A stretch of DNA of 64,000 nt from contig JASCQW010000099.1 in NCBI GenBank assembly GCA_030264375.1, positions 22,499,752 to 22,563,751 of the forward strand. The letters are read 5' to 3'. Below the pieces are notes generated by a model. It saw nothing but the letters and a program-made list of their open reading frames with translations. It made no database searches and was not told the DNA's origin. Origin of the DNA: Carcharhinus longimanus. Its lineage: Eukaryota. Below, piece by piece: positions 50,350-62,700 of the stretch. Within the stretch, counting starts at the first letter, position 1, and every line of letters starts with the position of its first letter. Both the position numbers and the translations under genes were made by a program.

Positions 50350-52420
50350 CTGTCATGATGCATTTATACTGTAGCAGTTCAATATCCCAAACCTTACTTT
50401 TCGAGGATGCAGACTTAAGGGCTGACTTGTAGGAGACAAAGAATACCCACTTCCAACATAGTGCATCACACCATTGACTTTGAAAATGATGCAGGAGAGC
50501 ATCATCAGAAACAGCACCATCATACTGTTCAGAGACTTGTATCTAGGCAGCAATGAGGGAAGCCACACTGAGTGAAGCAGAAACAGGAGCAGCTGAGGGG
50601 CGCAGTTTACAGGAGTCACTACCTATCAAACAGAGTTTAAAAGCCGAATTTCATTGAAATGCCTAGGCAGCAATGCTTCAGGAGGCTAAAGCTGTCTTGT
50701 CAGATGGTGGCCTGCAGCCTCGTGGTAGCCTTACTCCCTCCTGGACCCGAAGACCATGATTTGCCAGTGGCTGTCAATTTGAACACCACCCTCAGTTCTT
50801 TTACCCCTGGATCCTCCCAGGGCTCTGCCAGGTATACTCTTGGGATCTTCCCTTCAGCAACAGGTGACTTGCTTTACTTGCTGATGGCTTGTTTGCCAGG
50901 GATGGCAATTATACCAAATTTGTCTGTGACGCCTCCATTTAGAGTGAGCAAGTGCTAGGGTTTGTGCCTCTGAGCTAGTGCTAGGGTTTGCCCCTCTGAG
51001 CTAATGATAGCGTTTGTGCATCTCAGCAAGTGCTAGAGTTTGTGCGTCTGAGCAAATGCTAGGGTTTGTGCTTCTGGTTGGCTCCTCTCCAGTTAGCTTG
51101 CCACAAGTGCAAGGTCCTATCAACTGCACCTGTGGTATTTAGGGAACTCTCACATTAGCCAGGAGTGTTTTTCACCTGCAAGGACTTCCACTCAACCAAC
51201 GCTGCCATGCCTCTACGCAAAGATATTTCTATAGGAATATGCAAGACTTCTATGGAGCTGTCACGATGCATTTATTCTGTGTCAGCCTAAATAGCTGATG
51301 TCTGTAGACCTGCAGGTTGACTTAACGGGTGGCTGCAAGGAGACAAAGGGTATCCATTTCAAATCTAGATGATGACACACATCTGAAACCCTCTGATGAA
51401 GACTTTCCATTTGTGTCCCTGCTCTTGTTCACTTGGGAAGTGTAAGTCACCAACTATTTATCTACTTGGTCCCACTGAAGTGAAAGTATCTGAGCTATTG
51501 CAGGATATGATGAGTCCTGTGGTGGTGCACCCATAGACGGACTCACCTCCTCTGAAAAATTGGCAGTGGCAATCTCTACTGACGTTTGCTGCTAGCTTGA
51601 AACCCTGTCAGAGATAAAAGATATACATTAGTGCAAGGAAGGTAAGAATGTGTTGCAAGTCATAATCAAGAAGGTGATATTTCACTGACTGGTGATAACA
51701 TTCAGTGTGACTGAATGACATATGGTATGTGGATTGCTCATGTTTAATTGTGAAACCAGGCAGCTGGTAGCTCAATGTCCCCTTATCTCTGATGTCCAGA
51801 GGTACCTAAACTCCATTGATTTACAATGACTCCTCCAATGCAATTGTGTGTTGTGATTTGTGTGGAGGACCACCTCCAGTTTTGTCCTTGCCCAATTGTT
51901 CTGTGCCCTTTTCCGCAACAAGGAAAATAATAGGCCGATGCATGAGTGTAATGGCACTGTTGACCCTATGGTAGAAGTGCATTTGATATCTGTGAGGTAG
52001 AGGCATCAAATTGCAAGAGGAGTAGGGTGGTGGGTAGGTGGATAGATGGATTGGAGGGATGGGAGAAGGTGGATATAAGGAAGTGCACAATAACAAAATT
52101 ATGGGTGGGTGTGCAAAGTAAGTGGGTGTGAGGGTGATATGATGGAGAAGGCTTCAGAAGATGGAGTAAGAGANNNNNNNNNNNNNNNNNNNNNNNNNNN
52201 NNNNNNNNNNNNNTGAATATGCAGCTCTACTCACTTATCCTGACGTGGTTAGCACATTAAAGGGCATCTTGCACTGAACCCATGAATTTGGCACTACAGT
52301 TCTGTTGTTGCACCTCATGCCTTCTTGGTGTCAGCAGCATGTTTCGCCCTCCCTTTATTAGTACCTGTCTTTGAGTGCTCCTCACTGCCACCAGCCGTAC
52401 TTCAAGGAAGAAAAGATTAA
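50350..52420 (-). pseudogene. Harbinger Myb-like gene remnant, three exons traceable
   Basis: Exon 1 ...VVPNSWVQCKMPFNVLTTSG then gtgag; exon 2 KTGGGPPHKSQHTIALEESL; long decayed exon 3. Confidence 0.72.
50945..51074. repeat. 26-bp minisatellite, 5 copies
   Basis: Consensus tgagcaagtgctagggtttgtgcctc; units start at 50945, 50971, 50997, 51023 and 51049. Confidence 0.92.
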
Positions 52421-52989
52421 AATGGCCCTTGAACATCCTGATAAAAACAGACTGGGAATTCTTCCTCTGTTGCTTCCAGCAGCTCTTTTAAAATTCAATC
52501 TTTTAATTGGCCCTTCAAATACAAGATTTGAGAAAATGGCCAGAACTTTCCGGTCGTTCATGTTGGCGGAATCTTCCGGTGCACCCCTGCTGCGGGTTTT
52601 ACACCAGCGGTGGATGCATTCAATGGGAAAGCCCATTGACAATAGTGAGACCAACGATTGGCCATTGGCCAATGGCAGGCTGCTTCCCGCCACCATGTCA
52701 CAGCGGGTTGCGCAGTAACTCCCACCTCATATTTGTGGGTCCTTGCACAGACTTGCTGCTGAAGTTTAGATGGCCAAAACGTGTAATTAAAATTATAGCA
52801 AGGTGGCTGTGTTAAAAAGTCACATATAGATATGCTAAAGCTAGATTTCCCATGTAAAATTGGACCTCCCCACCCCTCAATATCTACTCCCAAAACATCT
52901 CCAAGGCTTCAATTTCCTCAGTAAGTGCTTCCTATCACTTAAAAGTTCAGAGATTGGGGCAGACAACTGACACCTATTAGTTCCAATTT

Positions 52990-53548
52990 TTTTTTAACCA
53001 GCCTTTATATTTAAAAATGCTGCTATTTTCACTCCTGCAAAGGCCAACTCTTATTTTTAGCCAAGTCTTAGACTCTCAAAACAGTGGAAATAGTTTGTCT
53101 CTATAAAGTCTATCAGTGCCACTTAACAAAACTTTACTAAAATCAGCCTTTTTTTTAAATTCTAGTGAATACAATGAGAATTTGTGTACTCTGTCCTCAT
53201 AATTTAACCATTCGAGTCCAGTAAATCTATGCTCAAAGCCAATATATCCTACCTCAGGTGTAGTGTCCAGATCTGAACATGGTACTCCAAATGTAATTGA
53301 ACCAGGTCTTTGTATTTTGTTTAGCTGTAACATTACTTCTACTAAAAGTCTATATTCCTGTCCTCTGAGTTTAAAGGCCAGTATTCCACTTGCCTTTTTG
53401 ATCATTTTTATACTTGTCCATGACATTTTAATGATTTGTATACAGGATTCCTAAGCCTATGTGGACATCCACTGTTTGAGCATTTCACCATTGAGAAAAT
53501 ACTGTGATGTAACATTTTTTGAACTAAAGTTCATGACCTCACACTTGG
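52990..53548 (-). mobile_element. CR1 LINE ORF2 fragment
   Basis: SKCEVMNFSSKN; IKKASGILAFKLRGQEYR; LEWLNYEDRVHKFSLYSLEF. Confidence 0.82.
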
Positions 53549-53672
53549 ACAGGTACTCTACCACCTCGCCTGCCACGGAATCAGAGAGGGCAAGGGTCCG
53601 ACAATGGAAATTTCTGTTGACCTTGGGTGGGAATTTCCAGTCTCGCCCAAGTGAGGCCATAAAATCCTGCGC
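53548..53672. mobile_element. Short MITE
   Basis: Homologous to 55889-56016 and 672-720; ends aaaatcctgcgc. Confidence 0.55.
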
Positions 53673-53680
53673 TTTTTAAA

Positions 53681-54836
53681 ATTCATTTGTGGGATACAGG
53701 CATCGCTGGCTGGCCAGCGTTTATTACCCATCCTGAGTTGCCCTTGAGAATGTGGTGGTGAGCTGCCTTCTTGAATCGCTGCAGTACATGTGCTGTGGGT
53801 TGACCCACGATGCCATTAGGGAGCAAATTCCAGGATTTTGACGCAGCGACTGCAAAGGAATGGCGATATATTTCCAAATCAGGATGCTGAGTGGCTTAGA
53901 AAGGAACTTGCAGGTAGTGGTGCTGTCATGTACCTGCTGCTCTTCTCCTTCTGGATGGAAGTGGTTGTGGGTTTGGAAGGTGCTGTCTAAGGATCTTTGG
54001 TGAATTGTTGCAGTGCATCTTGTAGATATTACACACTGCTGTTATTAAGCTTCGATGGTGGAGAGATTGAATGTTTGTAGATGTGGTGCCAAACGAGGGG
54101 GCTGTTTTGTTCTGGATGGTGCCAAGTTTCTTCAGTGTTGTTGGAGCTGCACCCATCCAGATCAGTGGGGAGCATTCTATCACACTCCTGACTTGTGCTT
54201 TGTAGATGGTGGATAGGTTTTGGGGAGCCAGGAGGTGAGTTACTCGCTACAATATTCCCAGCCTCTGAACTGCATTGCTTATGTGGTGAGTCCAGCTGAG
54301 TTTTTGGTCAATGGTAACCCCAAGGATGTTGACAGTGGGGTATTCAGTGATGGTAACACCATTGAATGTTATGGGGAGGTTTTGAAAGTGTCTCTTTTTG
54401 GTGATGGTTATTGCCTGGTATTTGTGTGGCATGAATGTTACCTGCCACCTGTCAGCCCAAGCCTAGATATTGTCCAGATCTTGTTGCATTTGAACATGTA
54501 CTGCTTCAGTATCTGAGGAGTTGTGAATGTGCTGAACATTGTGCAATCATCGGTGAACATCCCACTTCTGACCTTATGACGGAGAGAAGGTCATTGCTGA
54601 AGCAACTGAAGATTGTTGGGCTTAGGATACTACCTAAGGGATGCCTACAGAGATGTCCTGGGGCTGAGATGACTGACCCTCCAAAACCACAACCATCTTC
54701 CTATGTACCAGGTATGACGCTAATCAGCGGAGTGTTTGCCCTCTGATTCCCATTGGTTCCAGTTTTGCTGGGGCTCCTTGATGCCACACTCGGTCGAATG
54801 TGGCCTTGATGTCAACGGTTGTCACTCTCACCTCAC
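53681..54836 (-). mobile_element. CR1/L2-group LINE (distinct shark family), RT C-terminus plus 3' end
   Basis: NILGVTIDQKLSWTHHI; ECSPLIWMGAAPTTLKKLGTIQ...SLHHR; WNLLPNGIV...FKKAAHHHILKG; 3' end ataaacgctggccagccagcgatgcc. Confidence 0.8.
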
Positions 54837-54904
54837 ATGGCTGCACTAAAATCGTTTTGCTATGGCTTTGCCCTTACATTGAATCTATTAATGTTTCTTT
54901 GCAT

Positions 54905-55660
54905 TTTTACAGTTTATCTGGATCACTTACAAGGTTACCTTATTACGCTGGGTCTAAAATTGGCTCAGTGGCAAAAAGCAAGGATGTTAATGGTTGACAG
55001 AAGTTTTTTAGGTTGTTTCCAGTGGATTATGCAGGGGTCACTACTAGATCCCTTGCTTTTTGTGGTATATATCAATAATTTCAACCTAAATGTGAGAAGT
55101 ACAGAAGAGTAACTGGGTGCATAGAATGATTTAGGGAGTTGAGGTGTTTTTTTTACCGAGGATGGTGTGTCTGAAACTCACTATGAAAGGATTGTTGAGG
55201 TAGAAGCCCTCATTGCATTTAAAAAGGCATTTTGATATGCATTTAAAGTGCTGTACCCTACAGGGAATAGATAAGGAGCTGGAAAGAGGAAATAGGCTGG
55301 CTGGATCTTTTCGCAGTAAAAAGTCTGACAACACCAGGTTTTAGTCCAACCGATTTATTTGATAGTAAACGCACAAGCTTTCGGGTTAGTNNNNNNNNNN
55401 NNNNNNNNNNNNNNNNNNNNNNNNNNNNNNNNNNNNNNNNNNNNNNNNNNNNNNNNNNNNNNNNNNNNNNNNNNNNNNNNNNNNNNNNNNGTTTACTATC
55501 AAATAAATCGGTTGGACTAAAACCTGGTGTTGTCAGACTTTTTACTGTGTTTACCTCAGTCCAACGCTGGCACTTCGACATCATGGATCTTTTCGACCAG
55601 CACTGACATGACGGGTTGAATAATCTCCTTCTGTGCAGGAGATTTCTGTGATTCTATGAA
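54905..55660 (+). mobile_element. CR1 fragments and 3' end, split by a mini Penelope-like insertion
   Basis: QGSLLDPLLFVVYINN; tail ttctgtgattctatga follows the insertion. Confidence 0.78.
55314..55583. mobile_element. Young palindromic mini Penelope-like element (inverted pLTRs plus 36-bp tail) with 12-bp TSD
   Basis: Perfect 57-bp inverted repeat 55314-55370 / 55491-55547; TSD tggatcttttcg at 55302-13 and 55584-95; minus-strand actaacccGAAAGCTTgtg; centre is an N gap. Confidence 0.85.
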
Positions 55661-55888
55661 GGCTTCACCCTTGTGCAAAAGCCAAGGCTCAATATAGGTT
55701 GTCATGCAGGGAATGTGAAGAAGAGAGTTCAGTCTCAAGAGTAAAGGGGAGGAAAATGGCCACATACCCTGCTCGACACTTTCTACAGCCTCATCATCTG
55801 TCACATTCTCCCTCTGCTGCCTCCTCCATTCACATCAAGTCTTGAACTGGTGATGGTCTTGTTAGACTAAAGGCATGGCTTATAAATA

Positions 55889-56016
55889 TGCTGGAATTTT
55901 ACTCCCTCACCTGCCCCAGAATTGGGACGGGCGAGGCTCGCAGAATAAGATTCTCCATTGGTCTTGGACGGGATTTTGAGTCTCGTCCCCGAGCGAGGTC
56001 GTAAAATCCTGGCGCT
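55889..56016. mobile_element. Short MITE
   Basis: TIRs gctggaattttac ... gtaaaatcctggc; CpG-rich. Confidence 0.6.
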
Positions 56017-57274
56017 CATCTCAGATTCTGTGTCCTGGTTCTTGATGAATGTCATGAACTACATCTGCAGAGAATAGCTTTGGTCCCCAAAAAACCAGTT
56101 TTTCACCCAATAGTCTGATTGAAAAAAAGAAGAAATTGAGGATAACACATCACAGCAACTGTCAGGATACCTGACATAGATGTATGTGTGGTGCTGAACT
56201 TCATTACATATTAGCTGCACACTTAGTGAATGGAAGCTCTTCCTGTACCTGTCTCGGGTTGGAGCAAAGGTTTGAACGGATGTGTAGTTGATGGTGCCCT
56301 GCTTCTGGAAGAAAGCTACAATCCTTGGAAAGCCTTGCCTTCCAGCTTTGCAGCCTCTAGGGAAAAAAATGAAGTTGTTGGCTCTGGCTGAATATATTCA
56401 GGAAGGCAATAGAAAATAAAATTAGGCATTATTATTATATTGTTATATATAATACATGATATTATATAACAATATTATTGAAGATTAACATCACTTCTAC
56501 AGGGTCCAGCAGAAAACTTGTTTCAGATTAGCTACCAGTTAAATGGAGGAGATTATAAATTGAAAATCCCATCTTGAGACCACATCACTGATCTCCAGTT
56601 CTTCGTGCCATTCTTGCTAGTAATTGCTTCAACTATGCTAGCCCATAATAGTAAAGCGATCACATGTAAATGAGGACTTAGAATTCTTTTAGTACATGCT
56701 CTTACATTCTTAAATCTGCCATACGGCCTTTTAGAAGTTCAATTAGAGTGCTACAAAATGAGTATTCATGGCCTTCATAAGAGCCACAAGAAATGCCTTC
56801 TGCCATCCATTTTGCGATCATCTTTGATTAAATGTATTCATTGAGCCTTTTATGGTGTTCAAATGTAAAAATAGAACATTACTACAGCCAACAGCTTTTA
56901 GTAAGATGCAATGTGTCGCAGTTCAACATCTAAAAGATATGTCCCCTCCTTNNNNNNNNNNCTTTTCAGTGACTGAAATGGTAGACCTTTAGGATTGAAT
57001 TTTAACAGTTGTATCTGCCTGCAATGGGAAAAGACCAGCTGTGGTTCAGGAATCCAAAAGTTTGTGGAGCAGGATTTTCCATGGCTTTTTAATTGAGCTA
57101 AGGCATAGTATTTCATTTCCAGGTTTTCCAACTAACTGGAGCAGGTTTGTGTGATCGCAATCCACATCTGAATGTTGAAGCCTCATTTAAAGGTGAGGGA
57201 CAAATGGAAACATTCTATAACTGGCTAAATAAGACTGGCAGCTCGAGTGAGGGAACATTAACAGGAAAAGGTTA

Positions 57275-57582
57275 TTTTATTTTGTTTGTTTGTATCACAA
57301 CTAACTTATGTTAACACTGCAATTAAGTTACTGTGAAAATCCCCTAGTCACCACACTCTGGCGCCTGTTTGGGTACACTGAGGGAGAATTTCAGCATGGC
57401 CAATGCACATAACCAACATGTCTTTCGGACTGTGGGAAGATTCCGGAGCACCCAGAGGAAACCCATGCAGACACGGGGAGAAAGTGCAAACTCCGCATGG
57501 ACAGTGACCCAAGCCAGGAATTGAACCCATGTCTCTGCCACTTTAAGGCAGCAGTGCTAACCAACTGTGCCACTGTGTCACC
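57275..57582 (-). mobile_element. HE1/V-SINE with non-CR1 tail (same subtype as 11352)
   Basis: Head ggtgacacagtggcacagttggttagcactgctgcc, V-domain, tail gtggtgactaggggattttcacagtaacttaattgcagtgttaac. Confidence 0.88.
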
Positions 57583-57809
57583 CATATCATTACTCTTCCA
57601 TCTTGTGGAAAACAAGAGTAGAAGATGAACAACAGATTTCAGTGAGAGAAATGGATTGTTGATAATGGAACTGCTTTGATCGTGTGGCTGGAAATAGACA
57701 CAGTACCGGGTTGGGTGTACCAGATGACCCCTCCCCCCCACCTCCCAATCCAGTTCTTTGGCACATTCCTGGACATCATGCTGTAAGCTAGAGGAGCCCA
57801 CATGAAAAT

Positions 57810-58880
57810 AAGGTTTGCATCAGCCAGAAGGAAGAAAGTATCAAACAGACAAGGCCAAAAGTGTCAACAAAAGTGAAGTGTAGTCCCTCTTTCATGGATA
57901 AAATTCCCCAAGAGGCTCAGTGATGTCATGCAGGGCAGGAATGTTGAAATACATGCCACATTCCAGTGTCAACCCCTTCACTCTGACTTCCCATGCTTCT
58001 CCTACACAGCATTCCTCAGATCAATACACAATTTGCAGGTTCACCCATTTTTCTATTTCAGGCACGTCCTCACATTCCTATCCAAACAGCTACCATTGAT
58101 GCTCACCTTCAACTAATTGTCATTTTATGTCTGTCTCTCACAATCACCTTCCGCAGATGTTGTTACTCTGTCCTCTCAACACATTCCATTTTTTATACTC
58201 ACGTTTCTTTCTGTTCCCGCAGGAGAAGAGACTGGAGAAGAACAGGGAGAAACTGGAGAAGAAAAGGGAGAGACAGAGAACTGGCATGACCCTCCACTCA
58301 TCACCATGCTATTCAGTGCAGAGGACAAAGCTCTGAAAATCAGAGTGATGGAATGCCAGGCCATTGCAATTGGAGATACAAGGGAGAAGATACCTAATGA
58401 CAGAATGAGATACTACACATGCACATTGCACACAGCACTCATGTTGAATTGATGTGTGGACCTACTGAGATCTGCACAATGTTGATTTTAAACCCTTCCA
58501 CTTGTCAGTTCTAATTCCTGTCTTTCATCCCCCACAGATCCTGCAGGCATCACTCAGGAACTGGTGCCAGAGAGGAGAAAGACTTGTCAGAAGGAAATTG
58601 TGCACACTGAGGAAGCACTGTCACACAATTCACACACATTGTCCATCAACTCAGATACATACATCTCAATGGGCCTCTAAGACAGATAGTTGCATTGTCA
58701 TATGGTGAGTCATATATCACAAGTGGGAACAGGCGTTGCAGATAAAGACAGTGGTGAAAAGGCTCTCTAACCTATGTTCAGCTGGCTGCCTCAGGGGTTA
58801 TCAGTAAAGTGGACAATCTCGGAACAACAGCAGAAAAGATTTGAAGTCCTGTCAGTATTTTACGATGCACTGCACCTGAT
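57810..58880 (+). pseudogene. Harbinger Myb-like gene remnant
   Basis: Acceptor ttcccgcAG 58222 then EKRLEKNREKLEKKRERQRTG / PPLITMLFSAEDKALKI; acceptor ccccacAG 58537 then EEALSHNSHTLSINSDT. Confidence 0.7.
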
Positions 58881-59417
58881 TATAGAGAGTTTAACATTTT
58901 GTTAAATGATTGCTTTCATTGTCAATTTATATGCACCGTAAATTTTGGCTGCAATTCTCTCGAATTGGAACTAAGTGCTCACACCAGTAGGAAACCTCGA
59001 GGTATTCCCACTGGCATTAGCAGCATCTATTTGCTGGGATTCTCATTTGATAGATGCTAATTTATTCATATTAAAACCTGCCCAGCCAGCCCTGATGTTC
59101 CGAGACCTGGCCACCATTTTTAAATGGCAACCCGATCTTCCTGCTCAGAAACAGCCCCCCTTCCCAATATAACCATAAATGGTGCTCCACAGACTAATCA
59201 GGGGAGCAACACCAAACCCTCACCAAAAAGGGGGACTGTACCCCCCATCCACAAATAATGGTTACACTCCACCATACCACACAGCCATGAGTGTGATATG
59301 ACCTAGCTACCTCCCCTCCCCATCAGTCTCAGACCCCCTGCTCAGCTTTCCAAACACCTTGGCAGTGCTAACGGTGCATATAACCTGATTCAGCAGCGAT
59401 TTGAGTGAAGAAGAATT

Positions 59418-59870
<453 letters not shown>

Positions 59871-61139
59871 TAGCCATTTGCCCCCTCCACCCCCGCTGCC
59901 AACTAGAGGAAAGGTTCCTAAAGACTCCTGGGTTTGGGTGGGCTCAGGCTGGGGGGCAATCTCACCAATCTCGATTGAGATGGAGATGTTGAGGCTAAAT
60001 TGCCCCTCCTAGCTCTGGTAGACCTGAAGATCAACCCTGGCATGGTGATTTCAGAAAGCCCTGTGATCAGCATCTGCATTCCTATCTATCAGCGGTATAA
60101 ATTCTGAAATGGCCAGGTCACTTTAACCTCCATGCTTCCCGATCACCTGATTTTAAATCATTACAGCATTCCAATCTGCAGTAAAGATTTTCCTTCCTTG
60201 TTGTCAGAAGCTGCAGGTGAGAGCAGGGTCCTTTGACAGAGAGGAGATGTCAATTTCAGCTGACAGGAGTGGGGTGGGGTGGGGTGGGGTGGAGTGGGGT
60301 GGGGTGGGGGGGAGGTTCCAGTCTGCCCAGCTGTGCACTCAGCCTCAATGTATCAATGTATGCACACAAGATTCAGCTGCCAGATTTCTACCATCCTCCA
60401 GCCACCAGTGTTTATTTTGATTTCACTTCATTGTTGACTGCACCTCAAATACCCATTGATCCTGACCACAATGTAGACAGACCCTAATCCTTTGTCTGAG
60501 TGGGCATTCTTGGAGGGAAGGAGTCCTGAGTGGGGGTCAGCTTGGAGAAACCTCATGCCTGCATGAGGGAGGAAGATGCCTCTCATTGCTGAGCAGTTGG
60601 TGGTGCTTCCTTGATCCCCAGGATTCCGCATTGCCAGACCTTTACCAAAGACTGCCAGTGCACATTCCACTGTGAAGGCAGGTGAATAGCGAGAACCATT
60701 TGACTCCTGCTGCAAGCCTGCAAATTATATTGGAATGTGAGCTTTTTAATATGCATTGGGACAAGCAACACGGCCTGGGAGGATTTGGTGTCTGGTGCAA
60801 AACCTGCTTTCCCGCGACTCCCGATTCTCCATGCCATCGTGATTCACAATCAGGGCTGGGGGGGCCTGAAGAATGCCCACTTTATTTCATATCTCTATTC
60901 TCCAGTAATCCCCATTATTGGCTGCCACTGCCAAGTATCCTTCAACCTTGAGAAAAAAGATATGACAAGAGTAAAAGATTAACAACGGGTAGTGAGAAAA
61001 ATGGATTGTTGATTATGGAACTGCTTTGTCCTGGCAGCTAGGAGTGGGCACAACGCATTCAGAGTCAGTGTGCTGCACAGTCTCATATTAAGTAAAGCAT
61101 ACGCGTATGAATTTGTTCTGTGTACCTACCAGATAATTC

Positions 61140-61390
61140 TGTGCCTGTGGGTACACTGACCATATTAGATTCCTCCTGTGAATCCTCCTCCAAAGATGCA
61201 TCACCTTTCTCCTTCTCCAGTTGCTTTCTTCATTGATATGCTAGTTTGCAAAGCACAGTAGTCCACGATCGTTCTTGATACTCTTGCTGGTACCTCCTGA
61301 AAGGCAGCCATAATCTGTCCAGATCTTATTTCATCTTCAGCATCCCAGTGGCTTAGCTCACTGACCACACTCGTGCTCACGTAGTTTCAG
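61140..61390 (-). pseudogene. HARBI1-like transposase C-terminal remnant
   Basis: GMLKMK...LDR; VPARVSRTIVDYCAL; acidic tail DASLEEDSQEES. Confidence 0.65.
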
Positions 61391-61411
61391 TGGTTCCTTT
61401 CCTGAGAATGG

Positions 61412-61592
61412 CAGCTCATACAGGGCACTGGTGAGGCCGCAGCTGGAGTACTGTGTGCAGTTTTGGTCGCCGCACTTACGCAAGGATATTTTGGCCTTGG
61501 AGGGAGGTACACCCAACAGCACTTTGGATGTACCTGCAGCACATAGACTGCAGTGGTTCAAGAAAGTGGCTTGCCACCACTTTCTCAAGATA
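61412..61592 (+). mobile_element. CR1 fragment abutting a fragment of the second LINE family
   Basis: [24 protein letters not shown] then [26 protein letters not shown]. Confidence 0.75.
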
Positions 61593-61814
61593 TACCTCAA
61601 TCTCTCTCTCCCTCTCCCTGACTGTGGAAGTCAGCCAAGTCAACAAAAACCAAGGCTCTTGGTTTTTGTTGACTTGGGAAGAGAATTGGGAAGTATTTCT
61701 GCCAGGTGACTGAACATTGGAATTGTGGAACCAACTATTCGCCTGCAGGAGCTTACTCTACTGGAATCTTTGATCGCAATAGCTGTAACACGCAATCATC
61801 TACTCAATAGAAGG

Positions 61815-62166
61815 ACTGAATTCCTACAGTGCAAAAATAAGCAATTCGGCCCATCAAGTGTGCACCAAGTCTCTGACAAAGCATCTTACCTAGGCTCTCC
61901 CCCTGCCCTATCCCCATAATCCTGCACATTTACCCACGACTAATCTACCTAACCTACATATCTTTGGGCATTAAGGGGCAATTTAGCATGGCTAATCCAA
62001 CTAACGTGCACATCTTTAGATATTAAGGGACAATTTAGCATGGTTAATCCACCAAACCTGCACATCTTTGGATACTTAGGGGAAATTTAGCATGGCCAAT
62101 CCACCTAACATGCATATCTTTGGCACAAAGGGGCAATTTACCATACAGCTAACCTACACATCTTTG
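61815..62166 (-). mobile_element. HE1 SINE 3' part with ~52-bp internal unit amplified ~4.5 times
   Basis: Units ctaatccacctaacctgcacatctttgg.tattaaggggcaatttagcatgg from 61940. Confidence 0.85.
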
Positions 62167-62604
62167 ACTCCTCTGATTCGTATACTTTTTGAAAAGTACT
62201 TACTTACTTTGAAGTCAATGCTCCCCACTAATCTGTATGAATAAATGTGTTTTACCATTTTTTTGCCATTTGCAGTTAGTAACCTCACTCTATCTGTAAC
62301 TCAGGAAAGTGTGGTTATATTGGCTCCTTTTAAAACATAATTCTCTAGGTCTGGGAGAAAGGTCTCTGCGACAAGGCATATTTTTTAGATTAAATCTTGT
62401 TGCGAGTAACAAATGGGGTCGAATAAAGGTGTGGAGCTGGTTATCCCCCTTCATTCCGATTGTAACAAGCCCCATTGGTGGGAAGGGGGGGGATATCCCA
62501 CTGGGCAATGAGAAATTGAGGGGTCTCACCCCAATCAATAACTTTGGAGAGCTTCACTTGGGTGGGCTGTAACAACAAAGACTGATGCCTTTGTGCCACT
62601 TCCA

Positions 62605-62700
62605 ATATCATAGAATCATATAGCACACAAGGAGGCCATTTGGCCCTATGCTGGCTCTTTGAAAGAGCTGTGCAATCGGTTCCACTTCCCCATTGCTCTG
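62605..62700 (-). mobile_element. CR1 3' tail
   Basis: atcatagaatcatatagcacacaaggaggccatttggccc. Confidence 0.7.

Noticed and set aside
50945-51074. CRISPR-like appearance of 26-bp repeats (also 61940-62166)
   Set aside because: No unique spacers; head-to-tail minisatellites in a vertebrate genome.
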